From Selaginella moellendorffii (Eukaryota > Plantae > Lycopodiophyta): DNA of 64,000 nt. The notes below the pieces were generated by a model. The model searched no databases. It was not told the origin of the DNA and saw only the letters and a list, made by a program, of their open reading frames with translations. Positions within the stretch are counted from its first letter, which is position 1, and every line of letters begins with the position of its first letter. A program made the translations under genes and the position numbers. Positions 10,986-22,054 of this stretch are shown here, in pieces. The stretch lies in NCBI RefSeq assembly GCF_000143415.4, contig NW_003314325.1, positions 212,567-276,566 on the forward strand, in the 5' to 3' direction.

Positions 10986-13403
10986 ATGAATCAACTCACA
11001 TTTCATCTCTTAATTCTCCATTTCACATTCTTTGCCCATTGTGATGGCGACGTTTTTCGTTCAAGAGTTCCCACAAACTCCTCATGGAGATTCAATCTAG
11101 ACACCAGCGGCACCATCATCCTTTATCAGCCTTCTCGCAAGCTAGCGGTCGGATTCGCTTTTATTAATTGCGAAGCGTGTAATTCTAGGCCTAGTGTCTA
11201 CTTCTCGGTGGTCATGCTAAGCAAGACTCCCAGTAGTGTGGCAGACGTTGAATTCGGCCCGAGCGCTAGCCAAGCTCACTTAATCTGGGTTGCAAACAGA
11301 AACCGGCCAGTCTTCATGTACTGCGCCCTCGAGCTACAGCTCGATGGAAACTTGGTCTTGCGAGATAGCGACGCCACCATCGTGTGGCAATCCAACACGG
11401 CTGGGCTGGGCGTCGCGGGGATGGAGCTCCGCGAGACAGGCAATCTGGTTCTCTATGGCAGCGGCAACCAAACGATCTGGCAGAGCTTTGGAGAGCTCCA
11501 AGACACGCTCACCATTGGTCAACGCCTCCAGCCTGGGGAATCTCTCGAGAGTAGCGTGTCCGAGTTTAACTTCTCTCGTGGCCACTTTCGCCTCCTCGTG
11601 GAGCCCGACCGGGTATCGCTCAAGTTCTCCACCTCCGGGGTGAGCTACGGCGAGTGGTGCGCTTATGGAGAAGAGATTGGATTCGTCACCATTGATAATG
11701 GATCACTAGGTTGCCACCGCAAGAAGGATAACTCCGAGATCCAATCCATCCTTTTCCCGGCTGCATCATCCGTAGTTAACAACAGGTTCTTGCGGCTCTT
11801 TCCAAGCGGCGATCTCCGGGTATACACCTCCGAGGGAGATATTCTTGTCGAAACCGGGTATAGTATCATCAGCGACTTTGTGGAGGACTACTCGCCATGC
11901 GGGAAGTTCCCGGGATCTTGTGGGGAGTATGGCGTGTGTACAACGAGTGGAGAGTGCATTTGTCCCAGCTATTCCTCGTACTTGGACCCTAGCAATCCCA
12001 AGCTTGGATGCAAGCTAAATCGCCCACCACCAGAGTCTTTGGAAAACTGCGAGGAAAACAGCGAGATCGAGGAGTTTCCTGGGATGATCTCTGTGGGGTT
12101 GTACAAGGATTTTACAGACATGCCACTTGAGAAGTGTAGGAATTCGTGCCTGGGGAACTGTAGCTGCAAGGGAGTGCTGTTCAGCACGCACAGGTGCGTG
12201 GAATTGCTCGAGGTTTTCACCTTGTGGAACTCTACGGGTATGTATGGAAAGTCTAATAACATCACAGCGTTTGTGAAGATGGGCTTGCGGAATTCTACGA
12301 AATTGACTTTTCCAAAACTCAACAATCAGAGAAAAAAATCATGGTCTTTGACTTACATTGCTGTTGCCATTGTTTTTGGAGCCGTTATTGTTGTGGTGGT
12401 AGCGGTGATATGGAAGTTCCCGAATGCAAAAGCTTTCAAGAAGTCTCAGGAGACGATTATGGAACAAGTCCGGCCAGAGTTTCCTAATGCTCCCAGGTGT
12501 TACGCGTATGAGGAGCTGTGTGAGATCACTAGCAACTTCAAGAGCAAACTTGGCCAGGGAGGATTCAGCACTGTTTTTGCGGGAGTTTTCCAGGATGGCA
12601 GCAAGGTTGCGGTCAAGAGATTGGAGACTGCAAGGCAAGGGCTCAAGCAGTTCATGGCTGAGGTGAGAACCATTGGCAGCATCCATCACCGAAACCTAGT
12701 TCAGTTGCAAGGCTATGGAGCTGACGACCATCACTATTACCTGGTATACGAGTTTGTGGAAAATCTCTCGCTAGATAAGTGGCTCTTCAGTAAGATCCAC
12801 AGTCATGATCCAAAAAAGCAGCAGGCTTTGAGGTGGAAGATAAGATCTCGGATCGCCATGGACATTGCTCGTGGACTGGATTATCTTCACGGAGGATGCA
12901 AGGATCAGGTCCTCCACCTTGACATCAAGCCACAAAACATCCTCCTTGACACAGATTTTGGAGCCAAGATTTGTGACTTTGGACTTGCAAGGCTGGTCGA
13001 GAGGAGTGATCACGAGAAGATCTTTGTCAACACGGTGATGCGAGGAACTCCCGGATACATGGCTCCCGAGTGGCTCCATTCCCGGGTGACGGACAAGGCA
13101 GATGTTTACAGCTTTGGGATCGTTTTGCTGGAGATTGTGAGTGGAAGAAAGGTGGTGCCCCTCCCGGCCAGCGCGGTGATCAGTCAGGGAGATTCCAGGA
13201 TCTTAAAAGTAAACGCATTTGAAAGAAGTGAACTGCTGCTTGGACACGTGGATCCGGGACTGCTGCTTGAGCCCGACTTCGATTTGGGAGAGGCGAAAGA
13301 GGTGGTAAGGGTTGGACTTATGTGCGTCCACCAAGAACAGCTTCTAAGACCTTCTATGGGGGTTGTGTTGAAAATGCTGGAAGAAGCGTTGGCCAATAGA
13401 TGA
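10986..13403 (+). CDS. G-type (bulb) lectin S-domain receptor-like Ser/Thr kinase 1 (SD2-like, non-RD)
   Basis: Intronless. It has a signal peptide, WVANRNRPV/LQLDGNLVL/IWQSF lectin motifs, EGF and PAN cysteines and a TM helix. The kinase domain has GQGGF, VAVK, HLDIKPQN, DFG and GTPGYMAPE. The true ATG is at 10986. Confidence 0.95.
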   Translation: MNQLTFHLLILHFTFFAHCDGDVFRSRVPTNSSWRFNLDTSGTIILYQPSRKLAVGFAFINCEACNSRPSVYFSVVMLSKTPSSVADVEFGPSASQAHLIWVANRNRPVFMYCALELQLDGNLVLRDSDATIVWQSNTAGLGVAGMELRETGNLVLYGSGNQTIWQSFGELQDTLTIGQRLQPGESLESSVSEFNFSRGHFRLLVEPDRVSLKFSTSGVSYGEWCAYGEEIGFVTIDNGSLGCHRKKDNSEIQSILFPAASSVVNNRFLRLFPSGDLRVYTSEGDILVETGYSIISDFVEDYSPCGKFPGSCGEYGVCTTSGECICPSYSSYLDPSNPKLGCKLNRPPPESLENCEENSEIEEFPGMISVGLYKDFTDMPLEKCRNSCLGNCSCKGVLFSTHRCVELLEVFTLWNSTGMYGKSNNITAFVKMGLRNSTKLTFPKLNNQRKKSWSLTYIAVAIVFGAVIVVVVAVIWKFPNAKAFKKSQETIMEQVRPEFPNAPRCYAYEELCEITSNFKSKLGQGGFSTVFAGVFQDGSKVAVKRLETARQGLKQFMAEVRTIGSIHHRNLVQLQGYGADDHHYYLVYEFVENLSLDKWLFSKIHSHDPKKQQALRWKIRSRIAMDIARGLDYLHGGCKDQVLHLDIKPQNILLDTDFGAKICDFGLARLVERSDHEKIFVNTVMRGTPGYMAPEWLHSRVTDKADVYSFGIVLLEIVSGRKVVPLPASAVISQGDSRILKVNAFERSELLLGHVDPGLLLEPDFDLGEAKEVVRVGLMCVHQEQLLRPSMGVVLKMLEEALANR

Positions 13404-13650
13404 AACCTATTCGGTAATAGAATTATTTTACTATGGTGAAGATGTTTGGAAAAAGTTTACTTTTATTGACTGTTTGACTTTAATCGACTTTTTTAATCAA
13501 TTTTGAGCGTCCAGGCTCAACGGACGGAGGATTTCTACCTATTTGTCTCGGTTTTATCAACAGGAAGGATTCGAAAAGTCATGAATCACCATTGGGAAAC
13601 CCGGTGATTGTTCAAAGAGAGTTTTTCTTTGCATCACCGTAAAAACTAAT

Positions 13651-16068
13651 ATGAATCACCTTGGTTCACGCATATTACATCTCTTAATTCGGCTATCAAT
13701 TCTCCATTTCCCATTCCTTGCCCACTGTGGCGATTTACTTGTCTCAAGAGTTCCCACAAACTCCTCATGGCAATTCACTTTCAGCAGCATCATCCTCTAC
13801 CACCCTTCTCGCAATTTGGCCGCGGGATTCGCTTCAATTTATACTTCTTCTTTTTCTAGTGTCTACTTCTCGGTGTTCATGCAAGACAAGGCCCGGGATT
13901 CCGATAGCGTGGGAGAAATTGGATTTGGCCCTAGCGCTGGGAAAGCTGACTTAATCTGGGTAGCAAACACAAACAGGCCAGTCCTCATGTACTGCGTCCT
14001 CGAGCTAGAGCTGGATGGAAACCTGGTCTTGCGAGATAGCAACCACAGTATCGCGTGGGAATCCAAGACCGCTGGCATGGGCGTCGTGGGGATGGAGCTC
14101 CTCGAGACCGGCAATCTGGTTCTCTATGGCAGCGCCAACGAGATGATATGGCAGAGCTTTGCAGATCCCCACGATACACTCTCCGTCGGCCAGCGCCTCC
14201 TGCCCGGGCAATCGATTGTGAGCAGCGTGTCCAAGCATAACTTTTCGCGCGGCTACTTTCGCCTCCTCGTGGAACACGACCGGGTATCGCTGAAGTTCTC
14301 CACCTCTGGGGTGAGCTATGGAGAGTGGTGCCCTTCTAAAGAGGAGATTGGATTCCTTGCAGTAAACAATGGATCGATAAGTTGCCACCGCAAGCAGGAT
14401 GGCTCCATGATCACGTCCATCACTTTCCCGGAGACTAAGAGCCGATTCTTGTGTCTCCTTCCAAGCGGCGATCTCCGGGTCTACGGCGATGTTGTTGCAG
14501 ACAAGGGGAAAAGTATCATCGACAACTTCGTGGAGGACAACTCGCCGTGTGGGAAGTTCCCGGGATCTTGTGGGAAGTACGGCTTCTGTACGGCGAGTGG
14601 AGAATGCATTTGTCCCGCGAGCTACTCTTCGTACGTGGATGCTAGCAATCCCAGGCTTGGATGCAAGCTAAATCGCCCACCACCAGAGTCGCTGGAGAAC
14701 TGCGAGATAAGTAGTGAGCTCGAGGAGTATCCTGGGTTGACCTCTGTTGGATTATACAAGGATTATACAGACGTGTCGATTGAGCAGTGTAAGAGTTCGT
14801 GCCTGAGGAACTGTAGCTGCATGGGAGTTCTGTTTAGCTTGCACAGGTGCGTGGAGTTGCCTGAGGTTTTCACCTTGTGGAACTCTATAGATATGTATGG
14901 ATCGTCAGAGAATATCACGGCGTTTGTGAAGATGGGCTTGCGAAATTCTAGAAACTACAATGCTCCAAACGGGAGAGCAGAACTATATGATCGGAGAAAG
15001 GAATTGAGGTCATCGGCTTACATTGCTGCTGCCATTGTTTTTGGAGCAGCCATCATTTTGGTGGTCGCGGTATGGAAGTTTAACAAAGCAACACCAAAAG
15101 AGACAGGGAAGAACTCTCCGAGTAGGGAATTACTCCGGCCAGAGTTTCCTAACGCTCCCAGGTACTGTGAGTATGAGGAGCTGTGTGAGATCACTGGCAA
15201 CTTCAAGACTAAACTTGGTCGGGGGGGATTCAGCACTGTTTTTGCAGGAGTTCTCCAAGATGGCAGCAAGGTTGAGGTTAAAAGGTTGGAGAGCGCAAGG
15301 CAAGGGCTCAAGCAATTCGAGGCCGAGGTGAGAACCATTGGAAGCATCCATCATCGAAACCTGGTCAAGTTGCAAGGCTATGGAGCTCACAGCCAGCACT
15401 ACTACCTGGTATACGAGTTTGTGGAAAATCTCTCGTTAGATAAGTGGCTCTTTAGCAAGGTCGATGACCATGATCCGGACAAGCAGGAACAATTAAGCTG
15501 GAAGATAAGATCTCGGATTGCCATGGACATTGCTCGTGGCCTGGATTATCTTCACGGAGGCTGCAAGGATCAGGTCCTCCACCTTGACATCAAGCCACAA
15601 AACATCCTCCTTGACACAGATTTTGGAGCCAAGATTTGTGACTTTGGACTTGCAAGGCTGGTCGAGAGGAGTGATCACGAGAAGATCTTTGTCAACACGG
15701 TGATGCGAGGAACTCCCGGATACATGGCTCCCGAGTGGCTCCATTCCCGGGTGACGGACAAGGCAGATGTTTACAGCTTTGGGATCGTTTTGCTGGAGAT
15801 TGTGAGTGGAAGAAAGGTGGTGCCCCTCCCGGCCAGCGCGGTGATCAGTCAGGGAGATTCCAGGATCTTAAAAGTAAACGCATTTGAAAGAAGTGAACTG
15901 CTGCTTGGACACGTGGATCCGGGACTGCTGCTTGAGCCCGACTTCGATTTGGGAGAGGCGAAAGAGGTGGTAAGGGTTGGACTTATGTGCGTCCACCAAG
16001 AACAGCTTCTAAGACCTTCTATGGGGGTTGTGTTGAAAATGCTGGAAGAAGCGTTGGCCAATAGATGA
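13651..16068 (+). CDS. G-type lectin receptor-like kinase 2 (chimera of copy-3-type 5' and copy-1-type 3')
   Basis: An 805-aa intact ORF with the same architecture as copy 1. VAVK is changed to VEVK. Confidence 0.93.
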   Translation: MNHLGSRILHLLIRLSILHFPFLAHCGDLLVSRVPTNSSWQFTFSSIILYHPSRNLAAGFASIYTSSFSSVYFSVFMQDKARDSDSVGEIGFGPSAGKADLIWVANTNRPVLMYCVLELELDGNLVLRDSNHSIAWESKTAGMGVVGMELLETGNLVLYGSANEMIWQSFADPHDTLSVGQRLLPGQSIVSSVSKHNFSRGYFRLLVEHDRVSLKFSTSGVSYGEWCPSKEEIGFLAVNNGSISCHRKQDGSMITSITFPETKSRFLCLLPSGDLRVYGDVVADKGKSIIDNFVEDNSPCGKFPGSCGKYGFCTASGECICPASYSSYVDASNPRLGCKLNRPPPESLENCEISSELEEYPGLTSVGLYKDYTDVSIEQCKSSCLRNCSCMGVLFSLHRCVELPEVFTLWNSIDMYGSSENITAFVKMGLRNSRNYNAPNGRAELYDRRKELRSSAYIAAAIVFGAAIILVVAVWKFNKATPKETGKNSPSRELLRPEFPNAPRYCEYEELCEITGNFKTKLGRGGFSTVFAGVLQDGSKVEVKRLESARQGLKQFEAEVRTIGSIHHRNLVKLQGYGAHSQHYYLVYEFVENLSLDKWLFSKVDDHDPDKQEQLSWKIRSRIAMDIARGLDYLHGGCKDQVLHLDIKPQNILLDTDFGAKICDFGLARLVERSDHEKIFVNTVMRGTPGYMAPEWLHSRVTDKADVYSFGIVLLEIVSGRKVVPLPASAVISQGDSRILKVNAFERSELLLGHVDPGLLLEPDFDLGEAKEVVRVGLMCVHQEQLLRPSMGVVLKMLEEALANR

Positions 16069-16315
16069 AACCTATTCGGTAATAGAATTATTTTAATATG
16101 GTGAAGATGTTTGGAAAAAGTTTACTTTTATTGACTGTTTGACTTTAATCGACTTTTTTAATCAATTTTGAGCGTCCAGGCTCAACGGACGGAGGATTTC
16201 TACCTATTTGTCTCGGTTTTATCAACAGGAAGGATTCGAAAAGTCATGAATCACCATTGGGAAACCCGGTGATTGTTCAAAGAGAGTTTTTCTTTGCATC
16301 ACCGTAAAAACTAAT

Positions 16316-18732
16316 ATGAATCACCTTGGTTCACGCATATTACATCTCTTAATTCGGCTATCAATTCTCCATTTCCCATTCCTTGCCCACTGTGGCGATT
16401 TACTTGTCTCAAGAGTTCCCACAAACTCCTCATGGCAATTCACTTTCAGCAGCATCATCCTCTACCACCCTTCTCGCAATTTGGCCGCGGGATTCGCTTC
16501 AATTTATACTTCTTCTTTTTCTAGTGTCTACTTCTCGGTGTTCATGCAAGACAAGGCCCGGGATTCCGATAGCGTGGGAGAAATTGGATTTGGCCCTAGC
16601 GCTGGGAAAGCTGACTTAATCTGGGTAGCAAACACAAACAGGCCAGTCCTCATGTACTGCGTCCTCGAGCTAGAGCTGGATGGAAACCTGGTCTTGCGAG
16701 ATAGCAACCACAGTATCGCGTGGGAATCCAAGACCGCTGGCATGGGCGTCGTGGGGATGGAGCTCCTCGAGACCGGCAATCTGGTTCTCTATGGCAGCGC
16801 CAACGAGATGATATGGCAGAGCTTTGCAGATCCCCACGATACACTCTCCGTCGGCCAGCGCCTCCTGCCCGGGCAATCGATTGTGAGCAGCGTGTCCAAG
16901 CATAACTTTTCGCGCGGCTACTTTCGCCTCCTCGTGGAACACGACCGGGTATCGCTGAAGTTCTCCACCTCTGGGGTGAGCTATGGCGAGTGGTGCCCTT
17001 CCAAAGAGGAGATTGGATTCCTTGCAGTAAACAATGGATCGATAAGTTGCCACCGCAAGCAGGATGGCTCCATGATCACGTTCATCACTTTCCCAGCGAC
17101 TAAGAGCAGATTCTTGTGTCTCCTTCCAAGCGGCGATCTCCGGGTCTACGGCGATGTTGTTGCGGACAAGGGGAAAAGTATCATAGACAACTTTGTGGAG
17201 GAGAACTCGCCGTGTGGGAAGTCCCGGGATCATGTGGGAAGTACGGCTTCTGTACGACGAGTGGAGAATGCATTTGTCCCGCGAGCTACTCTTCGTACAT
17301 GGATGCTAGCAATCCCAGGCTTGGATGCAAGCTAAATCGCCCACCACCAGAGTCGCTGGAGAACTGCGAGACAAGCAGTGAGCTCGAGGAGTATCCTGGG
17401 TTGACCTCTGTTGGATTATACAAGGATTATACAGACGTGTCGATTGAGCAGTGTAAGAGTTCGTGCCTGAGGAACTGTAGCTGCATGGGAGTTCTGTTTA
17501 GCTTGCACAGGTGCGTGGAGTTGCCTGAGGTTTTCACCTTGTGGAACTCTATAGATATGTATGGATCGTCAGAGAATATCACGGCGTTTCTGAAGATGGG
17601 CTTGCGAAATTCTACAAACTACAATGCTCCAAACGGGAGAGCAGAACTGTATAATCAGAGAAAGGAATTGAGGCCATCGGCTTACATTGCTGCTGCCATT
17701 GTTTTTGGAGCAGCCATCATTTTGGTGGTCGCGGTATGGAAGTTTAAGAAAGCAACACCAAAAGAGACAAGGAAGAACTCTCCGAGTAGGGAATTACTCC
17801 GGCCAGAGTTTCCTAACGCTCCCAGGCACTGTGAGTACGAGGAGCTGTGTGAGATCACTGGCAACTTCAAGACTAAACTTGGTCGGGGGGGATTCAGCAC
17901 TGTTTTTGCAGGAGTTCTCCAAGATGGCAGCAAGGTTGCGGTTAAAAGGTTGGAGAGCGCAAGGCAAGGGCTCAAGCAATTCGAGGCCGAGGTGAGAACC
18001 ATTGGAAGCATCCATCATCGAAACCTGGTCAAGTTGCAAGGCTATGGAGCTCACGGCCAGCACTACTACCTGGTATATGAGTTCGTGGAAAATCTTTCGT
18101 TAGATAAGTGGCTCTTTAGCAAGGTCGATGACCATGATCCGGACAAGCAGGAACATTTGAGCTGGAAGATAAGATCTCGGATTGCCATGGACATTGCTCG
18201 TGGACTGGATTATCTTCACGGAGGCTGCAAGGATCAGGTCGTCCACCTTGACATCAAGCCACAAAACATCCTCCTTGACACGGACTTTGGAGCCAAGATT
18301 TGTGACTTTGGACTCGCAAGGCTGGTCGAGAGGAGTGATCACGAGAAGATCTTTGTCAACACGGTGATGCGAGGAACTCCCGGATACATGGCTCCTGAGT
18401 GGCTCCATTCCCGGGTGACGGACAAGGCAGATGTTTACAGCTTTGGGATCGTTTTGCTGGAGCTTGTGAGTGGAAGAAAGGTGGTGCCCCTACCATCCAG
18501 CGCGGTGATCAGCCACGGAGCTTCCAGGATCTTGAAAGTAAAAGCATTTGAAAGAAGTGAATTGCTGCTTGGAAACATGGATCCGGGGCTGTTGATTGTG
18601 CCGGACTTTAATTTGGAAGAGGCCAAAGAGTTGGTAAGGGTTGGACTTCTGTGCGTCCAGCAAGAACAGCTTCGAAGACCTTCTATCGGGGTTGTGATGA
18701 AAATGCTGGAAGAAGCAATCAAAAAAATATGA
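16316..18732 (+). pseudogene. G-type lectin receptor-like kinase 3, single frameshift
   Basis: A 1-nt deletion at ~17222 (GGGAAGTCCCGGGA vs GGGAAGTTCCCGGGA in copies 1 and 2) splits it into ORFs 16316..17335 and 17116..18732. This could be a sequencing error. Confidence 0.85.
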
Positions 18733-18869
18733 AACAACTAATTTAAAATTCATTCGAAGGATTTATGATTTTTGGTCAGTGCAGGGTGGTATTTTGATTT
18801 TAGCAACCGGAAGTATTAAAAAAAGTCCGGTGATTGTTCAAAGAAGTATTTTGGCATTGTAGGATTTGC

Positions 18870-20762
18870 TAAATTCTCCATTTTTCCCGCTGTGCTCAAG
18901 AGTTCCCACAAATTCCTTGTGGCAATTCGGTTTAAGCAGCATCATCCTACCAGCCTTCTCGCAAACTGGCCGCAGGGTTCGCTTCAATTCATTGCAAGGC
19001 ATGTTCTACTTCTAGTGTCTACTTCTCGGTGTTCAAGGCCCCGGATCCCGATAGCCTGAGAGAAATTGGCTCTGGCGCTGGGTAGCAAACACAAACAGGC
19101 CAGTCTTCATGTACTGCGTCCTCGAGCTAGAGCTGGATGGAAACCTGGTCCTTGCGAGATAGCAACCGCGTGGGAATCCAAGACCGCTGGCATGGGCGTC
19201 GTGGGGATGGAGCTCCTCGAGACCAGCAATCTGGTTCTCGATGGCAGCGCTAACGAGATGGATGATATGGCAGAGCTTTGCAGATCCCCACGATACACTC
19301 GTCGGCCAGCGCCTCCTGCCCGGGCAATCGATTGTGAGCAGCTTCTCCAAGCATAACTTTTCGCGCGGCTACTTTCGCCTCCTCGTGGAACACGACCGGG
19401 TATCGCTGAAGTTCTCCACCTCTGGGGTGAGCTCTGCTTCCAAAGAGGAGATTGGATTCCTTGCAATAAACAATGGATCGCTAAGTTGTAAGTTGCCACC
19501 GCAAGAAGGATGGCTCCATGATCACGTTCACTTTCCCGCCGACTAAGAGCAGATTCTTGGGCTTCTTCCAAGCGGCGATCTCCGGGTCTACGGCGATGTT
19601 GTGGAGGACAACTCGCCGTGTGGAACGTTCCCGGGATCTTGTGGGAAGTACGGCTTCTGTACGACGAGTGGAGATTGCACCTGTCCCGCGAGATGAGTAA
19701 TGAGCTCGAGGAGTATCCTGTGGACTATACAAGGATTTTACAAACGTGTCGATTGAGCAGTGTAAGAGTTCGTGCCTGGGGAGTGCTGTTTAGCTTGCAC
19801 AGGTGCATGGAATTGCCTGAGGTTTTCACCTTGTGGAACTCTATAGGTATGTATGGATCGTCAGAGAATATCACGGCCAAATTCTACAAACTACAACTTG
19901 AATACTCCAAGCGGGAGAGCATAACTATATGACCGGAGAAAGAAATTGAGGTCATCGACTCACATTGCGGCTGCCATTGTTTTTGGAGCAGCCATCATTT
20001 TGGTGGTCGTGGTATGGAAGTTTTACAAAGCAACAGCTTTCACACCAAAAGAAACAGGGAAGAACTCTCCGAGTAGGGAATTACTCCGGCCAGAGTTTCC
20101 TAACGCTCCCAGGTACTGTGAGCACGAGGAGCTGTGTGAGATCACTAGCAACTTCAAGACTAAACTTGGTCGGGGAGGATTTAGCACCGTTTTTGCGGGA
20201 GTTCTCCAAGATGGCAACAAGGTTGCCGTAAAAAGGTTGGAGAGCGCAAAGCAAGGGCTCAAGAAATTCGAGGCCGAGGTGAGAACCGTTGGAAGCACCC
20301 ATCATCGAAACCTGGTCAAGTTGCAAGGCTATGGAGCTCACGGCCAGCACTACTACCTGGTATACGAGTTTGTGGAAATCTTTCGCTGGATAAGTGGCTC
20401 TTTAGTAATATCCCGGACAAGCATGAACATTTGAGCTCGAGGACTAGATTACCTTCACGGAGGATGCAAGGATCAGGTCCTCCACCTGATATCAAGCCGC
20501 AAAACATCCTCCTTGACGCAAACTTTGGAGCCAAGATTTGTGATTTTGGACTTGCAAGGTTGGTTGAAAGGAGTGACCATGAGAAGAACTTCGTCAACAC
20601 GGTGATGCGGGGACTCCCAGATACATGGCTCCAGAGTGACTCCATTCACGGGTGACAGAGAAGGCAGATGTTTAGAGCTGGAGCTTTCGAGTGGGAGGAA
20701 AACGGTTCCCCTCCCGTCTAGTGCCTCGATCAGTCAGGGAACTTCCAGGATCTTGAAAGTAA
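18870..20762 (+). pseudogene. G-type lectin receptor-like kinase 4, heavily degenerate
   Basis: It is colinear with copies 2 and 3 but has many small deletions and frameshifts. It runs into the assembly gap. Confidence 0.9.
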
Positions 20763-20914
20763 NNNNNNNNNNNNNNNNNNNNNNNNNNNNNNNNNNNNNN
20801 NNNNNNNNNNNNNNNNNNNNNNNNNNNNNNNNNNNNNNNNNNNNNNNNNNNNNNNNNNNNNNNNNNNNNNNNNNNNNNNNNNNNNNNNNNNNNNNNNNNN
20901 NNNNNNNNNNNNNN
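20763..20914. other. Assembly gap (N run)
   Basis: 152 consecutive N. Confidence 1.
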
Positions 20915-20997
20915 AAAAATTAAAAATAATAAATTCTAAAAAGGTGGTCCTCTATAATAGGACTCCTTTTCTAATAGAATTTTAGGTCTACTCAAAG

Positions 20998-21945
20998 ATG
21001 GCTCCTCCTTCTCGGAATGCTTCGTTTATCAAGTATAACCCATCTTTGCGGTTTAATTCTGGAGGTAAAGAAAGAACTATAAAGATGGTGGAGCTGCCGG
21101 TGGATCCGCTAGAGCCCCCCAAGTTTAAGTACAAGAAACTTCCCCGGCTCTCGGGCTCGCCTCTGGTACGCATCATGCACTCACCAGCTCGTCCAGTGAC
21201 TGTCCAGGATCAACAAGACTGGAAGATCGTCCCTTGCATCTCCAACTGGAAGAATCCCAAAGGATACACAATTGGATTGGACAAGCGCTTGGCCGCCGAT
21301 GGGAGGGGGCTCCAGGAGGTGCAAATCAATCACAGGTTTGCCCACCTCTCTGAGGCTCTCCACGGTGCGGAGAATAAGTCGGGGGAGGCCGTACTGTTGC
21401 GGTCACAGATCCATCTCAAGGAACAGAGTAAAAGAGAGCAGGAGCTTCGATCGCTCGCTGAAAGAGCGAGAACGGAAAGAAGTCATAGTGGATTGAGGGA
21501 AGAACAAGAGGAGCGAGAAGACGAGGAAAGGCAAGAGAGGGATGTGATTCGCGGCGAGCGGAAGAGGGAACGCGAGCGAGAAGCTTGTTTGAGGAAATCT
21601 TCGAAAAGCAAAGTTGTGAGGGATTGCGAGAGGGATATCTCCGAGAAGGTTGCCCTTGGATCCATGGCTAGTGTCACGAAGGGTGGTGAGCTGGTGTATG
21701 ATCAGCGATTGTTTAACCAGGAGCAAGGCATGGATTCTGGCTATGGCGGCGATGACAGTGTGTACAATGTGTATGACAAGGGGCTCTTCCATCCAAGCTT
21801 GGGTGGTTTGCACAGGCCAAAAAAAGATGGTATTAACGAGGAGCTAGGAGGATTATCACGAGACAAGCCGGTTGAATTTGAGAAGGATTCATCGGATCCT
21901 TTTGGATTGAATGACTTCCTGAGTAAAATTAAAACTGAGAGGTAA
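20998..21945 (+). CDS. SKIP: SKIP/SNW1 (Prp45) splicing factor homolog, N-terminally short
   Basis: Motifs are VDPLEPPKFK, IMHSPARPVT, WKIVPCISNWKNPKGYTIGLDKRLAADGRGLQ, RDISEKVALG, YDQRLFNQEQGMDSG and DPFGLNDFL. Confidence 0.85.
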   Translation: MAPPSRNASFIKYNPSLRFNSGGKERTIKMVELPVDPLEPPKFKYKKLPRLSGSPLVRIMHSPARPVTVQDQQDWKIVPCISNWKNPKGYTIGLDKRLAADGRGLQEVQINHRFAHLSEALHGAENKSGEAVLLRSQIHLKEQSKREQELRSLAERARTERSHSGLREEQEEREDEERQERDVIRGERKREREREACLRKSSKSKVVRDCERDISEKVALGSMASVTKGGELVYDQRLFNQEQGMDSGYGGDDSVYNVYDKGLFHPSLGGLHRPKKDGINEELGGLSRDKPVEFEKDSSDPFGLNDFLSKIKTER

Positions 21946-22054
21946 GACGAAAGTTGACGAAGACCAAAATTGACCGTAGAGAACTTCGAAAGATGATCGA
22001 GCTTTAGATTTTGAAGAAAACTAATGAAAGAAAGAAAGGTTTTTAACATTACCA

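Noticed and set aside
11334-20350. Repeated antisense ORFs over the RLK genes
   Set aside because: They are shadow frames that recur only because the sense genes are duplicated.
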